Notes: a model not told the origin generated them from the letters alone. A stretch of DNA of 64,000 nt from an uncultured Chloroflexia bacterium (GCA_963720755.1 CAVRGP010000011.1:320001-384000); one strand, 5' to 3'; numbered from the stretch's first letter, positions 19,056-31,841 are shown. Translations and numbers: made by a program.

Positions 19056-20582
19056 TCAGTCTGGCCGGGCCGGTGCTGCCCATAGACCCGCGAGGTCGCC
19101 GCGTCGGGTCACCGACCGTCGGTCGGGTGGCGTCGCGCAGATCCCAGCGTCCGGTGGCTCGGTCGGGACGGCACCGAGCGATCCGGGGAGCGGACGGCCA
19201 CCGACCGCCTGTTCCAGGTCGAACGCGAACCCCAGCAGGGTCGGTTCGGACAGGAAACCGGCTGACAGCCACACGCCGCCGGGCCTGCCTTCGGGTGTCA
19301 CGCCGGTCGGAACGGAGATGTTCGGGTACCCGGACACCGCCGGACCCGACGAGTCCCCATAGGCGGGGCCGACGATGGCATCGAGCCGATGCTCAGTGAG
19401 GACTCGGTCGATCCCGCGTCTCCGGGTCAAGTCCAGGCAACGCCGCCGCGCCTCGACATACGCCGGATCGTCGAGGCCTGTCGTCGCTGCAGCGACGTGG
19501 AAGAGTTCCTGCCCGAAGTATCGCAACTCAGCGTCACAGTTCGCATCGTTGAACGCGATGAGATCGGCCAGCGATCGCATCGACGTGCGCCGGAGGCCAG
19601 CCAGATACGATGCCAGATCGGCCTTGAATTCGGTGAGGAGAACGGTCAGTTCGTCCTCCTCGAAGCCGTCTGAATCAGGCGGGTCGATCGGGTCGACCAG
19701 GGTCGCTCCCAGCGATGCCATCCGTTCGAAGGCGCGTTCGGCGACAACGTTCAACCCGGGGTTCGGATGAGCGCCGTCCCCGAATGCGCGCCGATCGATC
19801 CCGATCCGCGCACCGCGCAGGGCGCCCTGCCGCAAGGCGGACCGATAGTCCCGCGGCAACCGCCGGCCGCGAACCTCCCCGAACGGCGATCGGAGGACAT
19901 TGAGCGCCAGGGCGACGTCGGCCACCGTCCGGCCCATCGGTCCGGCCGTGTCCTGGCTGTGGGCGATCGGGATGATTCCGTCCTGCGCGACCAGACCGAC
20001 CGTCGGTTTGAGGCCGACGACGGCATTGCTCCCGGCGGGGCACACGATCGATCCGTCCGTTTCCGTGCCGACCGCCAGCGCGCAGAGGTTGGCCGCGACG
20101 GCGACGGCGGACCCGGAGCTCGACCCGCACGGGTCGAGGGCGAGATCGTAGGGGTTCCTGGTCGATCCGCCGCGGGCGCTCCATCCGTTGAGATAGAAAC
20201 CCCGGTCCTCGAGCCCGGCCGGCGGGACGCCCCGGAAGTTCGCCCATTCGGACAGGTTGGCCTTGCCGAGGATGACTGCGCCCGCGGCGCGCAGGCGAGC
20301 CACGATCCTGGCGTCGCGCGGCACCCGGCTGCCGACGAGGGCGAGCGAACCGGCGGTCGTCTCCATCGCGTCGTTCGTGGCGATGTTGTCCTTCAGGAGG
20401 ACCGGGATCCCGTGGAGCGGTCCCCGGAACCGGTGAGCGGCGCGCTCGGTATCGCGACGGCGGGCGACGGCGAGCGCGTCCGGATTCGTTTCGATGACCG
20501 CGTGGAGGGTCGGATCCACGCGGTCGATCCGGCGGAGGTAGGCGTCGGTCAGCTCAACGCTGCTGATGCTGCCCGACGCCAT
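19056..20582 (-). CDS. amidase (amidase signature family); true start probably further upstream
   Basis: [40 protein letters not shown]; frame open upstream with PWFEASIAEL. Confidence 0.92.
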   Translation of the reverse strand: MASGSISSVELTDAYLRRIDRVDPTLHAVIETNPDALAVARRRDTERAAHRFRGPLHGIPVLLKDNIATNDAMETTAGSLALVGSRVPRDARIVARLRAAGAVILGKANLSEWANFRGVPPAGLEDRGFYLNGWSARGGSTRNPYDLALDPCGSSSGSAVAVAANLCALAVGTETDGSIVCPAGSNAVVGLKPTVGLVAQDGIIPIAHSQDTAGPMGRTVADVALALNVLRSPFGEVRGRRLPRDYRSALRQGALRGARIGIDRRAFGDGAHPNPGLNVVAERAFERMASLGATLVDPIDPPDSDGFEEDELTVLLTEFKADLASYLAGLRRTSMRSLADLIAFNDANCDAELRYFGQELFHVAAATTGLDDPAYVEARRRCLDLTRRRGIDRVLTEHRLDAIVGPAYGDSSGPAVSGYPNISVPTGVTPEGRPGGVWLSAGFLSEPTLLGFAFDLEQAVGGRPLPGSLGAVPTEPPDAGICATPPDRRSVTRRGDLAGLWAAPARPD

Positions 20583-20681
20583 CGCGGCTCCGAGTTCTGC
20601 GATCGACGCCTCGAACCACGGGGCGCCGCGGTCGGGGTCCCGCCCTGGTGCCAGTGGCCCGTTGATGGCCGCCGTGCCGAT

Positions 20682-21236
20682 CTACGCGGCCCGCTTGATG
20701 ACGAACGGATCGTGATGGGGATGGAGGCCGGCGCGTCCGAGCCAGATCCGTCGGACCGGGAGCTTCGCTCCGGCCATGGCACCCCTGACCCGTAGCTGGG
20801 TGGCGCAGGCGGTGCGGATGTCAAGGCCGTCCACGCCGCCGTGATTCACGAAGCGGTAGGTCAGCGTCAGTCCGTCGCCGCTCAGGGTGTAGGTGTCGCG
20901 CGATTCGAGACGTCGCGGCACGACGGTCAGTGGCTGGTCAGAGACGATCTTCCCCGTGAAGACCACCCCTGCCGAGCCGCGGTGCGTGACCCGAAGGTGC
21001 CATCCCTTCGCGTTGTGCCAGAGGTAGTCGCCGGCGGCACCGTGCGCCTGGAGGGTGACTGGTCGGCCCTGGGTCCGTGCCGGCCAATGGCCAGCGGTAC
21101 AACTCGCGGCGACGGTGGTCGCGGGCATGGCGGCTGGGCTCGCCGCGATCGACGTCGCCGGGGCGATGAGCGCGGCGCTCACGATCGCGACCCCGAACAG
21201 AGTGCGCAGCAGGACGCGACGACGGTGGTGGTGCAT
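20682..21236 (-). CDS. secreted hypothetical protein
   Basis: GAGGGG RBS; Arg-rich n-region followed by a hydrophobic signal. Confidence 0.7.
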   Translation of the reverse strand: MHHHRRRVLLRTLFGVAIVSAALIAPATSIAASPAAMPATTVAASCTAGHWPARTQGRPVTLQAHGAAGDYLWHNAKGWHLRVTHRGSAGVVFTGKIVSDQPLTVVPRRLESRDTYTLSGDGLTLTYRFVNHGGVDGLDIRTACATQLRVRGAMAGAKLPVRRIWLGRAGLHPHHDPFVIKRAA

Positions 21237-21333
21237 GGATGAACTCCCCTCGATCACTGTGGTCGTTGGCGCGTGTGACCATGGTCCATGGTCCATGGCC
21301 ATGAGGAATGGGTCAAGACGGCGCCGTCCCGCT

Positions 21334-21385
21334 CCCGACCCGGGGGGAATCGTTCGACCCGGGTCGACTGACGGCCCGGGTCGGG
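21334..21385 (-). terminator. hairpin downstream of the zinc-ribbon gene
   Basis: cccgacccggg / cccgggtcggg inverted repeat. Confidence 0.4.
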
Positions 21386-21437
21386 GATCTACGCTGGTTC
21401 GGCGGGTCGTTGGTCGACCCGCACCGAGAGGATAGGG

Positions 21438-21809
21438 TCAGCCGCCGCGCTGGCTGCGGAAGCAATCACTGCAGTAGACCGGCTTGCCGCTGGTCGGTCG
21501 GAAGGGGACCGAAGCCTCCTTGCCGCACGACGAGCAGGTGGCGCTGAACATCTCGCGCGGACCGCGATCGTAGCCGCCACCGCCGTAGCTGCCGGCGCCG
21601 CTCGAATAGCCGCCGCCGGAGCTGTAGCCGCCACCGGAGCTATAGCCACCGCCACCCTCGGCGTTCCGGGCTGCCTTGCGGCTGGCTCGGCACGACGGGC
21701 AGCGACGGGGCTCGGTGAAGCCACGCTGCGAATAGAAATCCTGCTCGGAAGCGGTGAACACGAACTCTTGTGAGCAATCCGCGCAGGTCAGGTTCTTGTC
21801 GTTGTACAC
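21438..21809 (-). CDS. zinc-ribbon / CxxC-x17-CxxC domain protein with Gly-Tyr-Ser linker
   Basis: CADC..F.FTASEQ.FY..RGF..P.RCPSC; CSSCG..VPF.P..GKPVYCSDC. Confidence 0.92.
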   Translation of the reverse strand: MYNDKNLTCADCSQEFVFTASEQDFYSQRGFTEPRRCPSCRASRKAARNAEGGGGYSSGGGYSSGGGYSSGAGSYGGGGYDRGPREMFSATCSSCGKEASVPFRPTSGKPVYCSDCFRSQRGG

Positions 21810-22038
21810 GAAAACGAAAACTCCTCTCGGGTAGCCAACGCGATCCCGTCGGGTTCTCGCGTCAGTCGTGAGAGGAGTCCGAGTGCGTGCGTCGAGCTAC
21901 GTTTCTGGCCGCCGGTCGATCCGGTCGCGCCTTGACACATCCCATCATAGGCGAACGACGGCAAACCCGCCATCCTCCGTCAAGCGCAACGGTGACGGGC
22001 TCGACGAGGCGACACGCGCTCTGCCACCATGGCCGACC

Positions 22039-23313
22039 ATGATCGAGATATCTGCCGTCACCGCCCGCCGCTACGTCATGGGTCGTCAGGGCCTTTGGCC
22101 CGGTCGGCGCTGGGCCGGGCTCGACGGGGCGGGCGCGGCGATGCGCGCGATGGAGGACCTCCAGCTTGACCCTCTCGTCGTCGTCGCTCGGGCCCACGAC
22201 CTTGCCCTGCACGCTCGGGTCGCTGGCTACTCCCTCGGCGATTGGGCGACCCTGACCTACGACCGGCGCGAGTTCTTCGAGTGGGGTGGCTGGCTGGCCG
22301 TTCGGCCGATGGACGAACTGCCCTATTTCCGCCTGCTCATGCGGCGGGAACGTGAACAGGGCCATTGGCGGGAGGTGGAATCGGAACACGCTCTCGCGAT
22401 CGAGGAGATGCGGGCGGTCCTGCGTTCCGGGCGCGAGGTCAGCAATCGCGATTTCCTGATGGGTGAGCGGACCCGGATCGACAGCTACCGGGGGCGCAAG
22501 GACAGTGCGCTGGCGCTCCACTACCTGTGGCGGGTCGGCGAGGCCATGGTGGCTCGCCGGGTGCGGTTCGAGCGCGTCTACGCGGCGAGTGGATCGGTGG
22601 CCCCGGCCTGGGCCCTCGGTGATGTTGACGAGGCCGAGGCGGAGGAGCGGCTGGTCCTCAAGTCGGTGGCCGCCACCGGGCTATCGCGGCTCACTGGGTT
22701 GAATTACCTGCTCAAGCGCACCGTCCCCGCGACCGAGCTGGCTGGCTGGCGTCGGCGATGGCTGGATCGGGGCGACCTGGTGGAGGTCCGGGTCGAGGGC
22801 CGGAAAGCGCCCCAGCTGGCGCCGGGGTCGGACCTCGAGGTGCTCGGCGAACTCCATGCGGGCCGGCTTCCCACGGGCTGGGAGCCTGTCGAATCGACGA
22901 CCGAACAGGAGGCGACGTTCCTGTCGCCCCTCGACCCGGTCTCCGCGCGAGGTCGGGCGAAAGGACTGTTCGGGTTCGACTACACGTGGGAGGTCTACAA
23001 ACCGGTGGAGCAGCGTCGGTTCGGCTACTACACGATGCCGATCCTGTGGGGAGATCGACTGGTCGGCCGGTTCGATCCGAAGCTCGACCGCTCGACCGGC
23101 ACCTTGATGATCCTCGGCCTGTGGCTCGAGGACGAACGGTCGGGCCGGGACGACGCCTTCGCCGAGGCGCTCGGTCAGGGGATGACCCGGTTCGTGCGGT
23201 TGCTCGGGGCCGAGCGGATCGACGTCTCGGCGGTGCCCTACCCGAGGCTTCGAAAGCGGCTTCGTGCGGCCCGCCCGGTCAATCGGCGGAGACGGACGCC
23301 GGTACCGACCTGA
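22039..23313 (+). CDS. YcaQ/AlkZ family crosslink-repair DNA glycosylase (winged helix)
   Basis: LQLDPL.VVARAH, FLSPLDP, FGFDYTWEVY.P..RRFGYY.MPILWGDRLVGR. Confidence 0.88.
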   Translation: MIEISAVTARRYVMGRQGLWPGRRWAGLDGAGAAMRAMEDLQLDPLVVVARAHDLALHARVAGYSLGDWATLTYDRREFFEWGGWLAVRPMDELPYFRLLMRREREQGHWREVESEHALAIEEMRAVLRSGREVSNRDFLMGERTRIDSYRGRKDSALALHYLWRVGEAMVARRVRFERVYAASGSVAPAWALGDVDEAEAEERLVLKSVAATGLSRLTGLNYLLKRTVPATELAGWRRRWLDRGDLVEVRVEGRKAPQLAPGSDLEVLGELHAGRLPTGWEPVESTTEQEATFLSPLDPVSARGRAKGLFGFDYTWEVYKPVEQRRFGYYTMPILWGDRLVGRFDPKLDRSTGTLMILGLWLEDERSGRDDAFAEALGQGMTRFVRLLGAERIDVSAVPYPRLRKRLRAARPVNRRRRTPVPT

Positions 23314-24460
23314 GGTCGCCACGAGCGATCCATAGAAGGGCGAGTCCGCACCCGCCGGCCAGGACGGCCGCGCCGATCATCGCGGCGCCCAGACCGACGC
23401 TCACCGACATGAACCCCATCACCGGCGGATAGAGCACCGCGCCGATCACCGCCGTGCCCGACAGGAACCCACTGACCGCCGCGCTGCGAGCCGGATAGCG
23501 ATCGCCTGCGACGGCCATGATCAGCGGATAGATCGGCCCGAACGCGAACCCGACGACAGCGAACAGCGCGATCGAGACGGTCAGCGACGGGACGAGGACC
23601 GCCGCCACCAGGGTCCCGCTCGCGACGAATGCGGCCGACGCAGCGAACCGGGCGTGATCGAAGCGGTCTCCGATCCTTGCGCTGATCAGCCGCGCCAGCG
23701 TCAGGCCACCCCAGAACAGCGCCAGGGCCGACGTCGCGAGCCCGATCGAGGCCGAATCGAGGAACCGGACCAGCCAGTTCGAGACGCCGACCTCCGAGCC
23801 GACATAGAGGGCGATGGCGACCGCGAGCGCGACGAGTGGCAGGGCCAGACGGATCGGCGCCGAGCGCACGTCGGTCGCCCGGGAGTGCCGGCCCGATGGC
23901 TGGTCGGCGGCGGCCACCAGGACCGCGAGCGGGATCGCCGCGACCGCGGTGCCGACCATGACCGATTGCCATCCGATCCCGGCTTCGATCAGTCGTCCGA
24001 CCACGAGTGGCGACGCCAGCGACCCGATACTGAAGCACAGGTGGAGCAGGTTGAGCGAGCGTCCTCGGCTGGTCGGGTACAGATCGAGGATCAACCCGTT
24101 CGTCCCGCCATCGATCGCCCCGGCGCCGAGACCGAACGGGACTGCGCAGGCGAGGAAGACCGGCCACGTGGGCGCTGCGGCCAGGCCGATCAACCCGGCG
24201 GCGATGAACAGGAGCGCCATCGGCAGGACAGCCCGTCGGCCGAGACGTTCCGTGAGCAAGCCACCCAGGATCGAGCCGCCGACATAGGCGATCGAGTTGA
24301 CGAAGAAGAAGATGCCGATCCCGGCATCCGTCTGATCCAGATCGGGTTCGATCGACCGGATGAGGGACGGCACGAGCAGCCCGGTCCAGCCGACGAGTCC
24401 GAGCGCGACACACGCGACGACGGCGGCCAGGTCGGAACGTCTCGGGGCGGGCAGCGCCAT
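23279..24460 (-). CDS. MFS transporter
   Basis: About 12 TM helices, motif A GGLLTERLGRR. Confidence 0.88.
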   Translation of the reverse strand: MALPAPRRSDLAAVVACVALGLVGWTGLLVPSLIRSIEPDLDQTDAGIGIFFFVNSIAYVGGSILGGLLTERLGRRAVLPMALLFIAAGLIGLAAAPTWPVFLACAVPFGLGAGAIDGGTNGLILDLYPTSRGRSLNLLHLCFSIGSLASPLVVGRLIEAGIGWQSVMVGTAVAAIPLAVLVAAADQPSGRHSRATDVRSAPIRLALPLVALAVAIALYVGSEVGVSNWLVRFLDSASIGLATSALALFWGGLTLARLISARIGDRFDHARFAASAAFVASGTLVAAVLVPSLTVSIALFAVVGFAFGPIYPLIMAVAGDRYPARSAAVSGFLSGTAVIGAVLYPPVMGFMSVSVGLGAAMIGAAVLAGGCGLALLWIARGDLRSVPASVSAD

Positions 24461-24503
24461 GGCAACGATGCTAGCGGTCGCGTCGCCCGTGTATCGTCGG
24501 GTG

Positions 24504-25394
24504 ATGGCCGGATCGACGCCGACGGGCATCCTGTTGTTCGTTCACGGGGCGAACGAGACATCCGAGGGACTCATGGCGAACCTGACCCGCATCGAGGACC
24601 AGGTTCGGTCGCGAGGCTGGGACGTGGCCGTCGTTGCGCCGGAGTGGCGGCGTCACTCGGGATTGCGTCTCGGAGACTGGCGTCGCGCCATCCATCGGCG
24701 CGGCCGACCGTCGCCGATGCCGGTGCCGGTCATCCGCGCCGGGCTCCGCCGGGACACGGTCATGAAGATCGTGACCAACTACTTCGAGGATCGGCGCGAA
24801 GCCCTGTTCGACATCGTGGGGCCACAACTCCTGGCCGACGTGATCGGGTACCACGCCCACCGAGCGTCGATCCAGCTCGTCCTCAAGGAAGCGATGTTGC
24901 AGGCCGCCGCTGCGGCGCAGGGCCGCACGGTGCTGCCGGTCGCGGTAAGCCTTGGCGGCGTCGCTCTGGTCGATCTCATCGCGTCGTGGCCCGACGCGCC
25001 GATCGACGCGTGTGTCACGATCGGCTCGCAGGCCCCACTGCTGTACACCTTCGACGCGATCCCGTCGATGCCGTACGACGAAGCTGACCCACCATTCCTT
25101 CCGGTCCCCTGGCTGAACATCTACGACAGCCGCGATTTCCTGTCGTTCCTGGCCGAGCCGTTGTTCCGTCGATCAGACGGACTGGCGAGCGTGGTCGACC
25201 TGCGCGTTCGGTCGGGCAAGGATTTCCCCCGATCGCACGGCGCCTACTGGGAACTCCCGTCGGTCTGGGACGCCATCGCGACCGCGTTCAGCTGGCGACG
25301 CGTCGAACCGCTCACCGTTCGCGAAGCGCGCCGACTTGGTTTCGAAGCGCGCAAGGCACCGACCCCAGCCGGCGGATCGCCCCCGACGACATGA
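24504..25394 (+). CDS. alpha/beta-fold hypothetical hydrolase
   Basis: LFVHG, AVSLGG, VTIGSQ, WLNIYDSRDFLS, HGAYW. Confidence 0.7.
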   Translation: MAGSTPTGILLFVHGANETSEGLMANLTRIEDQVRSRGWDVAVVAPEWRRHSGLRLGDWRRAIHRRGRPSPMPVPVIRAGLRRDTVMKIVTNYFEDRREALFDIVGPQLLADVIGYHAHRASIQLVLKEAMLQAAAAAQGRTVLPVAVSLGGVALVDLIASWPDAPIDACVTIGSQAPLLYTFDAIPSMPYDEADPPFLPVPWLNIYDSRDFLSFLAEPLFRRSDGLASVVDLRVRSGKDFPRSHGAYWELPSVWDAIATAFSWRRVEPLTVREARRLGFEARKAPTPAGGSPPTT

Positions 25395-25398
25395 AGAT

Positions 25399-25424
25399 GG
25401 CCGCCGAGCGCTGGCTCGGCGGCC
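25399..25424. terminator. bidirectional hairpin between convergent genes
   Basis: perfect 11-bp stem ggccgccgagc-gctg-gctcggcggcc. Confidence 0.6.
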
Positions 25425-25431
25425 TGGGACC

Positions 25432-25539
25432 TCAGGGATGTGCCGCCGCGGCTGCCGAGAGCAGCACCGCCACAACGACCCCAAGGGTCAAGATCGCGTG
25501 CAGGAACAGCCGCGCACGCGGGAATCGTTGGACCTCCAA
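25432..25539 (-). CDS. 35-aa small membrane/signal-like peptide
   Basis: AGGAGGT SD, 5-nt spacer, TTG; MEVQRFPRARLFLHAILTLGVVVAVLLSAAAAAHP; lies between the riboswitch and the hairpin. Confidence 0.65.
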   Translation of the reverse strand: MEVQRFPRARLFLHAILTLGVVVAVLLSAAAAAHP

Positions 25540-25552
25540 GGTCCACCTCCTG

Positions 25553-25630
25553 TTCGGCAGCCCGGCTACCTGCGTGAGGCCCGTGGCTTTGCGTCCCCGC
25601 CTCGCGACGGGTTTGCCATTGTCGATCGAT
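25553..25630 (-). promoter_or_regulatory. cyclic di-GMP-I (GEMM) riboswitch
   Basis: Minus strand GGCAAACCCGUC-GCGA-GGCGGGGACGCAAAGCCACGGGCCUCACGCAGGUAGCCGGGCUGCCGA matches the GGCAAAC..GACGCAAAGC..UAGC..UGCCGA consensus. Confidence 0.88.
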
Positions 25631-25792
25631 CCCCACCGGGGTCGATGGTGACCGACCGCACCAATGTAGCGGCGGCACGCTCGACGCGCGAGAGGCCTAG
25701 TCGGCTGGCGAATGCCCGTACCATCGTCGTGCGGATCGGAGCGTTGGGTGGTCGGGCTGGCGCGATCGATCGATCCGGGCGACCATGGTTCC

Positions 25793-26512
25793 ATGATTCG
25801 CGCGTCGCGTTCCCAGCCCATCGCCCGGTTCGGCCTTGTCGTCGTCCTGGTCGGGATGATGATGGCGGGCTCGGCGACACTGCCCGCCGGGTCGGTCGCC
25901 GCCTCGACGTGGACCGGCGGTATCGATCTGTATCGGTCCGGCGTGTTCACGACCCAGAAGACCTGGCGCTGGTGCACGGCCGCGGACGTCCAGATCATCC
26001 GCAATATCGTCGACCATAAGACGAACCATTCACGAACAGCGCAGCAGCGCTACTTCGACTACATGCGAGCCCACAATCGGTATGCGATCCCGGTCTCGGA
26101 CGGCGTTGATCCGGCTGGCTGGACGGCTGGTTTGCGTCGCTACGTCGACGACCGATACCGGCTCCGCGCCGATACCAGTTTCAAGGCGGCCATCCGCTCC
26201 GCCGTGAAGAACCTCCGCCGGACCAACCTGCCGATCGCGGTCACGGTTGCCCACGGGAACCACGCCTGGGTCCTGACCGGCTTCACGGCCACGGCCGATC
26301 CAGCCAGGACCGACGCGTTCAAGGTCACCAGCGTCCGCGTCGTCGGTCCGTTATGGGGCCTGCAGAGCCGCACCTATGGGTACGACATGCGACCCGACAC
26401 GAGATTGACCAGGCACCAGTTCAAGTCGTTCTTCACCCCCTGGCACTACGCGCCCGTGACCATGGCCTGGGAGCATCGGTGGGTGTCGGTCCAGCCGATC
26501 GCGGGGACCTGA
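25793..26512 (+). CDS. secreted papain-like (C39-like) peptidase domain protein
   Basis: signal peptide; TQKTWRWC and GNHAWVLTGF motifs. Confidence 0.65.
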   Translation: MIRASRSQPIARFGLVVVLVGMMMAGSATLPAGSVAASTWTGGIDLYRSGVFTTQKTWRWCTAADVQIIRNIVDHKTNHSRTAQQRYFDYMRAHNRYAIPVSDGVDPAGWTAGLRRYVDDRYRLRADTSFKAAIRSAVKNLRRTNLPIAVTVAHGNHAWVLTGFTATADPARTDAFKVTSVRVVGPLWGLQSRTYGYDMRPDTRLTRHQFKSFFTPWHYAPVTMAWEHRWVSVQPIAGT

Positions 26513-26584
26513 TCAGGGATCGGCCGTGGACTGGGCGGCGCACGGCGGTCGCGATGATCCGGAGCGCCGCCTGAGTCCTCAGAC

Positions 26585-26944
26585 TCACATCTCCATCGGG
26601 CTCATGAGCTGGAAGTAGTTGTCGTCCGGATCCGCGAAGGTCGCGATCTTCGACCCGGGCATGGACTCGAAGCTGTACGGCTCGGCGATGACGATGGCGC
26701 CGGCCGCCTTCATTCGGTCGAAGTCGGCCTGGACGTCCTGGCTTTCGATGTTCCAGATGATCCGCCCGGGCTGGGCGTTCTTGCCCGTGACCTCCGAGTG
26801 CGGGCCGACGGTCAGGAACCCGGAACCGAGCTGCCAGCCGGTGTAGCCGCCGTCCCCGAAGCCGGGTGCGCCGAACACTCGTGTGTAGTACTCGACCAGA
26901 CGTCCGGGATCCTCGGACCCGATGAGGATGCTGTTGAAATCCAT
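26585..26944 (-). CDS. VOC/glyoxalase family protein
   Basis: YYTRVFG, ATFADPDDNYFQL; AGGAGG RBS. Confidence 0.88.
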   Translation of the reverse strand: MDFNSILIGSEDPGRLVEYYTRVFGAPGFGDGGYTGWQLGSGFLTVGPHSEVTGKNAQPGRIIWNIESQDVQADFDRMKAAGAIVIAEPYSFESMPGSKIATFADPDDNYFQLMSPMEM

Positions 26945-27025
26945 GTCGCCTCCTGCCGATTCGCGTTGCGCGTGTTGACCTCAGCATGACGCATCGTCAG
27001 ATCACGAGGGCGACCGGATCCTCGC

Positions 27026-28183
27026 CTACGCGATGGGGGCCGTGTCGGTCCCCTCGTCCGATCCCGCGCCCTCGATGACAACGATCGCGATCAGCGCGGC
27101 CGCGACCACGACGAGCGCCCAGACGGGTTGCTGGGTGGCCACGACGAGCAACAGCACCGCCATCCCGACCAGGATCAGGAGCCGCGGTCCAAGGATCGGG
27201 CCACCGAGGATCCGCAACGACAGCGCGGAGCAGGCGACAAAGAGCGACACGCCGATGCCGAGGGCGGCCAGTACGGCCGCTGATGCGGGCTCATCCGGAT
27301 GCGCGACGATCTCCTCGATCGCGACGGCGAACCCGACGATGCCACCGATCAACGGGAAGTGGGCCAGGCTGAAGGCATCCCGCGCCAGCGGCCCGAGCCG
27401 CTCGGCGGGTGCCGCCGCGAACCGGTGTTCGAGCGACTCCTTCAGCCAGCCGAAGTACGTCCACCAGAGCAGGCAGGCGACCAGGATCGCGGCGGTCGCG
27501 GCACCGACCAGAGCCCACGATCGTTCGTCACCGGCGGCGGCCGACCCGGCGACGATGAGCGACTCGCCGATCGCGATGATCACGAACAAGCCATGCCGCT
27601 CGGAAAGGTGGGCCGGGTTCAGGTCCCATGTCGCCTGCCCGGCCACCGAGGCCGCAACGAGGTCGGCGACGATGGCCAGGGACCAGATCCACGGCCGAAG
27701 CGATGGCGCCGCGATCGCTCCACCGAGCACGAATACCAGGCCGATCAACGAGAGGGTGGCCCACATGACGGTCCCGGCCTGGCCGCCAGCGTCCTGTTCG
27801 CGACCGACCCGGACCTGGAGACCGAGCCCGAGGAGGCGTACCACGACGTACGGGACGGCGAACCACAGCGCATCATCGGCGAACGCTCGTGGGACGGACG
27901 CGGCCATGACGAGGGCGACACCGGTCGCCGCAAGGGTCACCACGCGAACGATCGGGTGGTTCGTGTCAGCCGGGTTCAGGGTCCACGTGAACTGGGTCCA
28001 GGCCCACCAGATCAACCATCCGAGCAGGATGGATCGGACCAGGCCGTTCGGCGTCAGGTCGTCGGCGGTGGCCGCGGTGATCTGGGTCACCGCGAAGACG
28101 AAGACGAGGTCGAAGAACAGCTCGACGAACGTGACCGCCTGCGGTTCGGACGCCCGCAGGCGGAAGCGAGGGGTCGCGGTCAC
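27026..28183 (-). CDS. ltrA: low temperature requirement protein A (LtrA) family membrane protein
   Basis: VTFVELFFDLVFVFA, HLSERHGLFVIIAIGES, LWWTYF. Confidence 0.88.
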   Translation of the reverse strand: MTATPRFRLRASEPQAVTFVELFFDLVFVFAVTQITAATADDLTPNGLVRSILLGWLIWWAWTQFTWTLNPADTNHPIVRVVTLAATGVALVMAASVPRAFADDALWFAVPYVVVRLLGLGLQVRVGREQDAGGQAGTVMWATLSLIGLVFVLGGAIAAPSLRPWIWSLAIVADLVAASVAGQATWDLNPAHLSERHGLFVIIAIGESLIVAGSAAAGDERSWALVGAATAAILVACLLWWTYFGWLKESLEHRFAAAPAERLGPLARDAFSLAHFPLIGGIVGFAVAIEEIVAHPDEPASAAVLAALGIGVSLFVACSALSLRILGGPILGPRLLILVGMAVLLLVVATQQPVWALVVVAAALIAIVVIEGAGSDEGTDTAPIA

Positions 28184-28208
28184 CGCGTCGAGCGCGCGAT
28201 CCAGCCGA

Positions 28209-31334
<3,126 letters not shown>

Positions 31335-31535
31335 CGGTGTCGTTCCTCCTCCGTCCCTGCCCTGATGCGACAGCGGTAGCTGCGCGGGTCACGCGTCGTC
31401 GGCTGTGTTCCGAGGTGGTCCTGGGGGCCGCTCGCCACCGGCGGTCTGGCCGGTGAGGGAGCGTGTGGGCGTCTCGGTCTGATCTGGCGACCCGGCGAAC
31501 GATACGCCGTCGGTTGATCAGCGTCAACCCCAAAA

Positions 31536-31584
31536 ACACAAGATGTTGTGGTCCGAACGCCATCAGTCACGCTAGATGTGGTGG
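31536..31584. promoter_or_regulatory. tandem NrdR boxes
   Basis: acacaagatgttgtgg (31536) and acgctagatgtggtgg (31569) resemble acaCwAtATaTwGtg; upstream of nrdJ. Confidence 0.8.
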
Positions 31585-31600
31585 TTTCGCGATCCGGACG

Positions 31601-31705
31601 ATCTCCACGCTCGCGGCCCCCTCGTCCACAGGACCGAGCGATCCGTCCACATCGCGCCGGACGGTTGTCCACGCCCGGTCCCCAGACCCCGATCGGTTGT
31701 CCACG
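31601..31705 (+). promoter_or_regulatory. five co-oriented DnaA-box-like 9-mers
   Basis: atctccacg, tcgtccaca, ccgtccaca, ttgtccacg, ttgtccacg; starts spaced 21, 21, 22, 32 bp. Confidence 0.45.
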
Positions 31706-31841
31706 GACGGCTCTGACCTCGCGAAATCGTACAGGCGTTCGACACGCGCGGTCCGGGGCGCACGACGATCGGATCGTCCGGAGACCCGACACCGCGTCGC
31801 TGGGCGGAGCGGACACGCAGGCCGGAAGCGACTCCGGCACC

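Noticed and set aside
21958-21990. Second GEMM riboswitch (GGCAAACCC)
   Set aside because: No downstream GACGCAAAGC or second stem
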